Of a stretch of 39,523 bases of DNA, positions 8,754 to 17,068 are shown piece after piece (position 1 is the first letter of the stretch; each line of letters opens with the position of its first letter). Below the pieces are notes generated by a model. The model saw nothing but the letters and a program-made list of their open reading frames with translations, had not been told where the DNA came from and searched no databases. The translations under genes were made by a program, and so were the position numbers. This stretch comes from Methanobacteriota archaeon. GTDB taxonomy: Archaea > Thermoplasmatota > Poseidoniia > Poseidoniales > Poseidoniaceae. The DNA lies in NCBI GenBank assembly GCA_018650165.1, contig JABIGM010000022.1:1-39523 (forward strand), in the 5' to 3' direction.

Positions 8754-11700
8754 TTACTCATCTTGCAGACGTGCTAGTAATTCTGCTTTCCTGCCCTTCA
8801 CTGGTAATCCTCGTTCCCTTAATTCAACCTTCAACTGTGCAACAGTCATGCCAGAAAAATCTGCTTCATCTATCGATTCTGTTTCTTCTTCTACTACTTC
8901 TTCCGTGATCTCAGGGTTTTCTACAACCTCATCGTCCGACGAGTCAACTTCTACCTCTTTAATTTGGGAATGGTCTACATCTGCCCAGGGGTCTTCTGCA
9001 GGAGTTACTTCAACAACTGGTTCCATTTCTAGGTCTGGGGTGACTTCGGGCGCTATCTCTAGGGCCTTAGTTACCGCCTCCATATTGGGCCGTTTTGGCG
9101 CCATTGGAGGTAGAATTGGAGTTACTTTCTGTTCTGTAAATTCTTCGTCATCTTCCCACTCATCATCATCATCGTAGAATATACTCTCATCAGGACTGTT
9201 TCTGCGAAGCAAAACTGCGATTGCTAGCGCTGCACCACCCAAAAGCACTACCAATATCGAAATTATGACTGTCATGCTACCCAAGCCGGAATCAGCATCA
9301 TCTTGGCTGATGACTCTTGGCATATCGGATTCAACATTCAAGTCACATGAGGCTCTGAGTTCAGTTCCAAAACAATGTGGCAGCATTGAATTTTCTACCC
9401 AAGTATCCATTCCAGTAATGTTGACGTGTAGATTTTGTGAGCCACTACCGTGGGTCTCAAACAGAAGCGGTATCGATTCAAGTGTTTGGCCAGGTGATAA
9501 CGAGAGTTCTATGCTACTGTGAGAGAGCCAGCTTCTTTCCGGGCCCAAATCCTCCATAAGAGATACAGTAACTGTTCCTGGCTTAGTTCCCAAATTGCGT
9601 ACATGGACTACAACCCCGATTTCGGTACCTTCTACAATCTCATTACCCCTTGGAGTGCTACCATCCGCTAGAGAAATTTCGATATTCGTAATTGTTACAT
9701 CGAATGACAATACTGTGAAATCTGTATTCATTGCATCGAGATATGAGAGTCCCGTTCCCGATGCAGAATTACCTGCTCTATCGGTAACGTCAACCCACCA
9801 AATTAATTCATCTCCATCCTCAAGGCTAACATTTACTCCTTCGGTAAAGTCAATACTTCCAACATATGACCAAGCATCTGCATTACTAGAGATGTACGGG
9901 ATTATATCATTGGATTGGCCGTTTTCTATAATGACACCATTACGGACAAAAGCCCAATGAACCTGCAAATCATTTCCAGACATACCACCTTCATCTAAGA
10001 TTAGAATGGCAAATGGTTGAACTTCCAATTCTGCATCATCTAGCACCATAGGCCTAGTAGAAAATTGAACAACTGGAGATATTTCATCCACTGTCACATA
10101 GGTTTCAGCACTGCTCACATCATTTCCAGGATGTTGCACACCAGTAATGGAGTAATCAACAATTAAGATGTTTTCAAGAAGTGATCTCGATGGCAAAATC
10201 ATACCAGTAGTCCACCATCCGCCTTCTGTTACTTCCGCATAGGAAGATAAGTCCTCAGACCCATAGGTAGTCGAAACGGTTACTTCAAGCCCCTGCTCAG
10301 GAAGAGTGGACAGCATTACTCCTGACTTGTTGTAAACAACATGGCCAGACAGTGTTAGGTCGTCACCCGGTTGAACATAAATCTGCTCAGAAGAGTTTTC
10401 AGATAGTGGTGGAGTGTTATCTCTCATATCATCAACAATTACTTTCAGGTCATTGTCTAATTGCCAACGTATTTCTCCGAGGTTAGTCAATAGCGCAACT
10501 GGATTCAGATCATCATCATCGAATACTACAATACCCGGCATAGCATACTCCGGCAAGAGTGATTCATCAAAATTCCAATCAAGTGTGAATTGCCACTCGA
10601 CAACTGAATATGATCCTTCATCTGTTACAATAACGTCATGCAATGTTAGTTGCGATAATTCATTCGAATACATGTTACCGTTGCGAGGCTCCCATGTCAT
10701 TACACCAATTGTATCTTCATCAGCACCTAGTAATTTGACAGTTACTACATCGATAGAATTGATTCCATTTTCATCGCTAATTTCCATTGATAATGTGTGC
10801 ATCTGGCCAGCAAGTAATTGCTCGCTTATCGAATCGATACTAAGTCCAGTTGCCGGAATGGTTGTAGGCGCATTGACCGCAATAATCAGTGTGGCCATGT
10901 CGTTGTCTATGCCTGCAGTGCCACCATAAACAAGTGAATGTCCAGCATAATCTGTTCCTGTAAAGAATACTGAGAATAACGCATTCATCTCAAGTCCCGA
11001 TACATCAATCCCACTAAATGTTAGAGTTCTTTCTCCTGAGATTCCCTCTGGTAAATCTCTAGATGTAGCCTGATATTCATCGTAATCTGCGATTCCGTCA
11101 CCATTAGTATCGTCTAAAACTTCCCGCCAGTAGTGCATTACTACCTCGTTACCAAGTGCTTGACTATCGGTAACGGTTACTTGAAGCGAAAGTGAAGACG
11201 AAGGATCCCAAGTGTAGCCATCTGCAGCTAGCAATCTTTGCCCATTGTTAATTTGCAAATTGGAAGCCCATGGGGATTGGTTGTCGAGACGGATACTTAC
11301 AGGGTTAGTCAAAGTCGTATCATCTGCACCACTTGCTCCGGTTGCTGGTCCAGCGCGAATAACATATGGTGTAAGATTGGTAAGTGTTGTATTAGATGGC
11401 AAAGTGATTAATCCGGTCCACTGACCAGCCCCGGTTGAATTGAGAACAACATCATTTCCATCAATAGCAATAGCAACTACGAAATCACTTACAAGTGGCC
11501 TTAGGTCTAAGGTATTTTCAAAACGTACAGTTCCAGAAACTGAAACTTGTGTTCCAGCCTTAGCCCAGAATGGATAGGCCGGTGAAAATACATCGGATAA
11601 ATCATGGCCAAATAAGTCCATCACATTCCAAGAATCAACCTGCAAATCATTCTCACTAGCCTGGGTTGCAACTCCACCTGATTGCGCTGTAGCCGGAGAA

Positions 11701-14700
11701 AGGCCTTCTCCGTTTTCATCAAATCCTTGTGCTGTCCATGACATGGATTGAGAATCATCCCAGTCCCAATCAACCTCAAATTGCCAATCTACAACAAGTC
11801 TTCCACCAACTTCGGTTACTGTAGAGGTAATGTCCAAGGCCAGCATTCCAAACCCGCTTATTTGCGCAAAGGTTCCACCTGCTTGAATATTTGAAAGGAT
11901 TATTTCTAGAGTATCACCCGATGAGTCAAGGCCAATCAGATGTATTTCATCGATATTCTCATTCCCTAGTAAGTGATGGTGACTTGTAGTAAACCCTTGT
12001 AAATCACCATTTGGATACCAGGTTTCGGGAACAGTAAACGGATGATTAGTAATCATATTTTCATGATAAACACCACCATCTATTGCAACTCCACCTGCAA
12101 CAGAAGTCCATGTCAAGGGAACATCAACGATTGGTTCAAGACCATTGTTTGAGTTCAACTCATGGTATGCTTTTACTACTGATCCTAAGCCTGAAACATT
12201 CTCCATCAACGTATAACCGATAGCAAAAGAGCCGATTGTATAGGTTGTTGTTGGAGATGACATCAGATCGATATCAATCATTGACCAATTTCGTCCACTT
12301 ACATCGACAGAGGTACTTGAAGCAACTAACTGAGGGTTAGCAATTGAAAGTACAGTTGTCGACCAATTGTAATTATACAATTGATAGAATGAATTTCCAC
12401 CACTCGAAATTGAAAGTGGCTCAGTATTGCCCGTTGGAGTAATTCCAAGAAGTAAACTGTGAATGTTAGCACCTTCTGGAATCATAACTGACAATGTGTC
12501 GTTTCCAGTAATACTAACCGAATGAGTAATCGATGTCGAATCTATGCGTGTTTGCCATCCATATGAGCCATATGCCGGGTCAGATGGGAATTGCCAATCG
12601 ATAGTTCCATCATCACCTAAGTCGATAGCAGCATCATGTGCTGGCTGTGCAAAAGTTCCACGGAATGCTAGTGTATCTATCATCCCACCAGGTGCTAGTG
12701 TTACTGTTGGACTGATGTGTGTTTTCATTCCACCAAGATCTAATATCGAATTGACAGTGCTTGTAGAGACGCCTTGAGTTCCCATCGTAGTTAGAGTCGA
12801 TGTGGTTTGTGAGAAATTGCCAGTTACAAGAGCAGACGAAATCGGACGAGATGAAAGGCCAGACAAACCGGCAATTACCAATGCAGAAGAACCTGTATTT
12901 TCCCATGTCCCATTGGACAAACGTGTAAGGCTTGCAGGTATGTTCCAACCATTTGAATCTCCAAAGTAGCGAGTTGCACCAATTGACAGTTCACTGATTA
13001 GTGGAGTGTAATACTCATCTTCAGTTCCCATTATAACTTCGACATATACGCCCGGATTTGCATCACGGTCAATCGTAGCTAGTGAAACCGGAAGTGACAT
13101 ATTTTCATGACCAGTAATTACTTGGCCAGTAGAATCTAGGATGTTTATTCCATACCATGTATTATTGGGCAAGATGATATCTGCATCAACAAATCCTTGC
13201 CCCAAGTCATGTGTTGGAATAAGTGGACTCGTCCACGAACCTTCGGTTTCAAACCAATCAACTTCTAATCCGATGTTATCAACATACCAGCCCGGCTCTT
13301 GAACAGCTGTATCTGACATTTGTCGGAACTTGAAAGAAACGTTATTGCCTGATAAATTAGACACATCGTATGCCATATCAAGCCAAGGAATGGTGGCCCC
13401 TGTGCAAGACCAGCCGCCAGAGGTTGCGACGTATTGCCGTCCATCCCAGACATCAGTACCACTGAATGCAACTGTATTGGTAATTTGTCCATCATACCAG
13501 TTACTACCATTTGCATAGTTTACATATGCTTGATTCCAAGTCCCACCATTGACTGAAACATAGAGAGCACCTCCGTCCCATGCATCTTCAGAACACATCC
13601 AATGCTTCCACACAAAACGTGCGCTTGCACCAAGCGGAACGAAGTAGTTCGGAGAAATTAATGAGTTATCTGAACCTGCATCATAAGTCCCACATAGATT
13701 GGTTCCAAACCCAAGACTTGCACTTGGGAATGAACTTGGGCCACCGGAATAATTTGCGCATACTGCGCCAAATTCCCATCCTGTTTGTCCAACTTGATTG
13801 GAGACACTCCAACCACCGGGAGGAAGCGCAGGTGCATCTTCAAGACCATCGTTTAACACGAAGCCACCAGCTCCAATTTGGATGAATGCCCAATCGTCAG
13901 CAGCCCCATTGTTTCCAAAGTGCGTCACTGAAGAAGAATTGCTAAGAAGGTTGGTATCAAGAACTGTTCCACTTGAAGTAACAACCTTGTACCAATCAAC
14001 AGTTAGCCCTTCACGCTCATCGTTTGGAGTACCGTACTGAACTGAAGAATCTGTTTCGACATAGTACTTGATCAGTGAAGTACCATTTGCGCCGATCATT
14101 GCCGTAGGGATTGCGAAATCAACTACAAAGAAACCTCCCGATTGGTCGTTCACTTGAGTGCCATTTGGCAAAGTGTAACTTGAGCCGGGGATTGCCCCTA
14201 TCCTCGAACGGCATGTTGAAGTTGTTGCGCCACTGTTTCCGTTTGATGAAATATCAGTCCAAGTTGTCCCATTGTTTGTTGATAACTCTATACAGAAATT
14301 ATCGTAGGAAGACCCTTCTAAATCAAATTCCAAGCGCGTTTGTATTACTGCACCTGCAGTTGTACTCGACAAATCAATATCTCCTACCATCATTCCCTGT
14401 GCGCTATTACTGTAAAAGCAAGACCCGGTGGCGACATAGCATCCATGGTGCCATAGTCCAACCGAATTTCCTACGTTGGTAATACTGAAATCATCTAGGA
14501 ACCAGCCTGGCCTTGATGTGCTGTTATTGTCAGTCCATACCTGGAATCTAAATTGCAATGTAGTTGCGTTAGTGATTCCAGTTAAGTTATCCAAACTGAA
14601 TGTTGAAGAGATCCAGCCACTGTGATTTCCATCTCCAAATACTCCAAAGCCACTACTGTTTGCTCCGGTAGGAACCGGTGCAGAAGTTGAGATATTCGAA

Positions 14701-15410
14701 GGATAGCCTCCTACTGGCTCCATGTAGGTCCAAGCACCCGTGTCAAGTTTGTACTCAACCCATGCACCATCATCAACATCAAGGTGGTGCCAGTGTGAGA
14801 ACGTTAGGTTAAAATCATTAATCGGAGATGGCAATGTAAGTTGAGGAGTGACAAGTGCGCCAGCGGTATTTGCAGGCAGCCCTTGGCCCGGCAAAGTAGC
14901 AGCTACCACGCCGCCACCTGCTGCGGTTACGGGCACGTAGCCATGAGCAAGTGTTCTTGTTGAACCACTAACTGTTCCGCCCAAACTGGTAGGGTTTACC
15001 GCTTCCCAGATAGCACCAGTATGGGACCAACCGGATGGAAGTTGAAGAGTTGCAGACGAAAAAGTTTCGACATTAGAGACTGCGCTGTCGGGAGTTAGTG
15101 ACATTGCACCATCGAATTTACCGATCATTGTGTTGGTGAACTGGCCTGCGCTAAAGTTGTTAGAAACGTTTTCCCCAGACCATGTAACACCTGAGCCATC
15201 CTCCAAATATCCACTCTCATCGACATGTAGCCATGCATCGATAACCGTTGCATTGCCCGGAACTTCGAATACATCCGAAACGGTTTTTGTGGTCCCCGCC
15301 AATCCTGAAGGGCCACTCCATGAACTGACTGCTGCAGTAGCAACGCTACTAAACATCAGAACTGTGAGAAATATGGCGACCGGGATTTTCTTAGACGCGT
15401 TCATGTGCAC
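8754..15410 (-). CDS. Giant surface glycoprotein/adhesin-like protein: signal peptide, three MAM/immune-inhibitor-A-like jelly-roll modules, Ig-like/CARDB region, TM helix, acidic tail ending in a SAP domain
   Basis: N-terminal KKIPVAIFLTVLMFSSVATA; three modules ending GWFLDDFSI, GLTVDWYKV, GWYVDNIGL; many NxS/T sequons; TM VIISILVVLLGGAALAIAVLL; C-terminal MTVAQLKVELRERGLPVKGRKAELLARL. Start is GTG 15410 or ATG 15404. Confidence 0.8.
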   Translation of the reverse strand: MHMNASKKIPVAIFLTVLMFSSVATAAVSSWSGPSGLAGTTKTVSDVFEVPGNATVIDAWLHVDESGYLEDGSGVTWSGENVSNNFSAGQFTNTMIGKFDGAMSLTPDSAVSNVETFSSATLQLPSGWSHTGAIWEAVNPTSLGGTVSGSTRTLAHGYVPVTAAGGGVVAATLPGQGLPANTAGALVTPQLTLPSPINDFNLTFSHWHHLDVDDGAWVEYKLDTGAWTYMEPVGGYPSNISTSAPVPTGANSSGFGVFGDGNHSGWISSTFSLDNLTGITNATTLQFRFQVWTDNNSTSRPGWFLDDFSITNVGNSVGLWHHGCYVATGSCFYSNSAQGMMVGDIDLSSTTAGAVIQTRLEFDLEGSSYDNFCIELSTNNGTTWTDISSNGNSGATTSTCRSRIGAIPGSSYTLPNGTQVNDQSGGFFVVDFAIPTAMIGANGTSLIKYYVETDSSVQYGTPNDEREGLTVDWYKVVTSSGTVLDTNLLSNSSSVTHFGNNGAADDWAFIQIGAGGFVLNDGLEDAPALPPGGWSVSNQVGQTGWEFGAVCANYSGGPSSFPSASLGFGTNLCGTYDAGSDNSLISPNYFVPLGASARFVWKHWMCSEDAWDGGALYVSVNGGTWNQAYVNYANGSNWYDGQITNTVAFSGTDVWDGRQYVATSGGWSCTGATIPWLDMAYDVSNLSGNNVSFKFRQMSDTAVQEPGWYVDNIGLEVDWFETEGSWTSPLIPTHDLGQGFVDADIILPNNTWYGINILDSTGQVITGHENMSLPVSLATIDRDANPGVYVEVIMGTEDEYYTPLISELSIGATRYFGDSNGWNIPASLTRLSNGTWENTGSSALVIAGLSGLSSRPISSALVTGNFSQTTSTLTTMGTQGVSTSTVNSILDLGGMKTHISPTVTLAPGGMIDTLAFRGTFAQPAHDAAIDLGDDGTIDWQFPSDPAYGSYGWQTRIDSTSITHSVSITGNDTLSVMIPEGANIHSLLLGITPTGNTEPLSISSGGNSFYQLYNYNWSTTVLSIANPQLVASSTSVDVSGRNWSMIDIDLMSSPTTTYTIGSFAIGYTLMENVSGLGSVVKAYHELNSNNGLEPIVDVPLTWTSVAGGVAIDGGVYHENMITNHPFTVPETWYPNGDLQGFTTSHHHLLGNENIDEIHLIGLDSSGDTLEIILSNIQAGGTFAQISGFGMLALDITSTVTEVGGRLVVDWQFEVDWDWDDSQSMSWTAQGFDENGEGLSPATAQSGGVATQASENDLQVDSWNVMDLFGHDLSDVFSPAYPFWAKAGTQVSVSGTVRFENTLDLRPLVSDFVVAIAIDGNDVVLNSTGAGQWTGLITLPSNTTLTNLTPYVIRAGPATGASGADDTTLTNPVSIRLDNQSPWASNLQINNGQRLLAADGYTWDPSSSLSLQVTVTDSQALGNEVVMHYWREVLDDTNGDGIADYDEYQATSRDLPEGISGERTLTFSGIDVSGLEMNALFSVFFTGTDYAGHSLVYGGTAGIDNDMATLIIAVNAPTTIPATGLSIDSISEQLLAGQMHTLSMEISDENGINSIDVVTVKLLGADEDTIGVMTWEPRNGNMYSNELSQLTLHDVIVTDEGSYSVVEWQFTLDWNFDESLLPEYAMPGIVVFDDDDLNPVALLTNLGEIRWQLDNDLKVIVDDMRDNTPPLSENSSEQIYVQPGDDLTLSGHVVYNKSGVMLSTLPEQGLEVTVSTTYGSEDLSSYAEVTEGGWWTTGMILPSRSLLENILIVDYSITGVQHPGNDVSSAETYVTVDEISPVVQFSTRPMVLDDAELEVQPFAILILDEGGMSGNDLQVHWAFVRNGVIIENGQSNDIIPYISSNADAWSYVGSIDFTEGVNVSLEDGDELIWWVDVTDRAGNSASGTGLSYLDAMNTDFTVLSFDVTITNIEISLADGSTPRGNEIVEGTEIGVVVHVRNLGTKPGTVTVSLMEDLGPERSWLSHSSIELSLSPGQTLESIPLLFETHGSGSQNLHVNITGMDTWVENSMLPHCFGTELRASCDLNVESDMPRVISQDDADSGLGSMTVIISILVVLLGGAALAIAVLLRRNSPDESIFYDDDDEWEDDEEFTEQKVTPILPPMAPKRPNMEAVTKALEIAPEVTPDLEMEPVVEVTPAEDPWADVDHSQIKEVEVDSSDDEVVENPEITEEVVEEETESIDEADFSGMTVAQLKVELRERGLPVKGRKAELLARLQDE

Positions 15411-15413
15411 AAC

Positions 15414-15430
15414 CGAACCCTACGGGTTCG
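15414..15430 (-). promoter_or_regulatory. Perfect 7-bp hairpin CGAACCC-GTA-GGGTTCG just upstream of the giant gene
   Basis: Inverted repeat read directly; 3 nt before GTG 15410 and 9 nt before ATG 15404. Confidence 0.55.
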
Positions 15431-15492
15431 CTGAACCCTATCAACTCTACCCTCACATCTCAGTTTTCAAATCGCAGAAGAAGACCCGTTTT

Positions 15493-15567
15493 TGGAGCCA
15501 CCAGCGAGAATTGAACTCGCGACCTCCTCATTACCAATGAGGTGCTATACCGCTAAGCCATGGTGGC
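15493..15567 (-). tRNA. tRNA-Thr(GGT), CCA encoded, no intron
   Basis: Cloverleaf: GCCACCA/TGGTGGC acceptor, CCTCA-TTGGTAA-TGAGG anticodon arm, GCGAG-TTCAATT-CTCGC T arm, U73-CCA. Confidence 0.97.
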
Positions 15568-15670
15568 GTAATCGTGGCGACCAAACTTTCTGATATAATC
15601 GATTCGCATTGAGATAAACGGCTTTTCGACCGTTTCGGTTAAACAGGAAATGCTTGTCAGCCGGTTTGCG
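15568..15670. promoter_or_regulatory. Divergent tRNA promoter region with TATA-like boxes
   Basis: TTATAT (minus strand, ~15593-15598) and GGTTAAAC (plus strand, ~15637-15644), each about 25-30 nt upstream of the respective tRNA 5' end. Confidence 0.5.
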
Positions 15671-15753
15671 GCCGAGATCGCATAGCCTGGTATTGCGCGC
15701 GACTGGAAATCGCGTGTCCTTGTGGCACGAGAGTTCAAATCTCTCTCTCGGCG
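15671..15753 (+). tRNA. tRNA-Ser(GGA), long variable arm, CCA not fully encoded
   Basis: GCCGAGA/TCTCGGC acceptor, CGCGA-CTGGAAA-TCGCG anticodon arm, variable arm, GAGAG-TTCAAAT-CTCTC T arm, G73. Confidence 0.96.
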
Positions 15754-15846
15754 CCTAATTACACTGATATTTTGAGTCATTACAGAAAAAGAAAGGCTCC
15801 GCATCATTTGCGATTAATTGATAGTTCCAGAGCCTAAGCCCTGAGC

Positions 15847-16959
15847 ATGTCCGACCCTGTGATGAGCCCAGATGGTAAATTTATGTGGACTGGTTCTGAA
15901 TGGGTCCCTGCGCCTCCTTCCTCTGAAGGAAATAATGTCTCAATGCAGGACTCCGTAATTGGAGGCGACGTGGTTAGTAATACCATCATCAATAATGATC
16001 CTGCTGCAGTAACTGCTGCTGTTGTCACAGCATTACAACAACTCGGTATGATTGGACAGAATACACATCATCAGGCTCCACCAACCCCGGAAGTCGAGTT
16101 ACCACTTTCATTCAATGTTGGGGACCATGTAGAGTACCACAGCCCAACCAACGAAAGATGGCTTGATAGGTGTAAAATTGTTGCAGTAAATGATGATGGA
16201 ACCTATCGTATTGAAGTCCCAAAAAGCACAGTTATTGAGACCAAGCCAGCGGTAGTAATTGGCACATCTCCTGGAACAATTCGCCCAGCTAGTATCCCCT
16301 ACAAGTCAGGAGACAGAGTCTTCGCCAACTGGAATAATCACGGACATTATTATCCAGGAATAATAGCCGGAGAGAATAACGACCACACCTTCCTGATTCA
16401 CTTTGATGACGGTGATGTTGAGGACAATGTTGAATGGGGGCGTCTCGAAATACTAATTGAAGATTCGAAAGAAGTTCAGGACTATATCACCCAAGATTCG
16501 CTAGCCGAGCGAGAACTGATTGAAGCATTCCAAATTTTCGATACAAACAGTACAGGAACCATTCTAGCAAAAGAATATTTCAGAATCTTAACCGAAATTG
16601 GCGATAATCCAATACCGGCAGATGAAGTAATGCAAGAATTTGAAGAACTTGGAATCGAACTCGATTCAGAAATTGATTACCGTGCTCTAGCCAAATATAT
16701 GGCAAGCGGTGAAGGTATACCGGCAGTCGAGAAACAAAAACCAGAAGTCGTAATTCGTGATGCAAGAATGTCAGATGGAGACCTCAAAGGATACGCATAC
16801 GCCCATCCAAAATTGGGAGAAGGCCCAGTAAGGTCGTCTAGAGTTGCTGGAATTACATATGATGAACGAGCAACTGCAAGGGTCGAAACACGAAACACAA
16901 TTTATGTGGTCGGACCAACAGGATGGGCTGTTAGGCCAGATGACCATCCCTTCAATTAA
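15847..16959 (+). CDS. Multidomain protein: Trp-containing N-terminal motif, two Tudor/Agenet-like domains, calmodulin-like EF-hand pair, small C-terminal domain
   Basis: SPDGKFMWTGSEWVP; VGDHVEYHSPTNERW; GDRVFANWNNHGHYYPGII...FLIHFDDGD; LIEAFQIFDTNSTGTILAKE. Domain calls are by eye. Confidence 0.75.
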   Translation: MSDPVMSPDGKFMWTGSEWVPAPPSSEGNNVSMQDSVIGGDVVSNTIINNDPAAVTAAVVTALQQLGMIGQNTHHQAPPTPEVELPLSFNVGDHVEYHSPTNERWLDRCKIVAVNDDGTYRIEVPKSTVIETKPAVVIGTSPGTIRPASIPYKSGDRVFANWNNHGHYYPGIIAGENNDHTFLIHFDDGDVEDNVEWGRLEILIEDSKEVQDYITQDSLAERELIEAFQIFDTNSTGTILAKEYFRILTEIGDNPIPADEVMQEFEELGIELDSEIDYRALAKYMASGEGIPAVEKQKPEVVIRDARMSDGDLKGYAYAHPKLGEGPVRSSRVAGITYDERATARVETRNTIYVVGPTGWAVRPDDHPFN

Positions 16960-17068
16960 TGTTATTGAGTGGCTGTCAATGAATCCTCCACCAATAGAGT
17001 TGCAAGGTAATGAAAATTAGAATTATTTTGTTGAACGAACTTGAATCTGAACCACAAATCTCTTTGGG

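Noticed and set aside
15130-16028. ORFs 15130-15540, 15553-15807 and 15834-16028
   Set aside because: They overlap tRNA genes or lie antisense to real CDS and have no protein-like motifs.
15746-17068. Possible integrated element at the tRNA-Ser 3' end
   Set aside because: No integrase and no duplicated tRNA 3' fragment (att site) was seen in the window.
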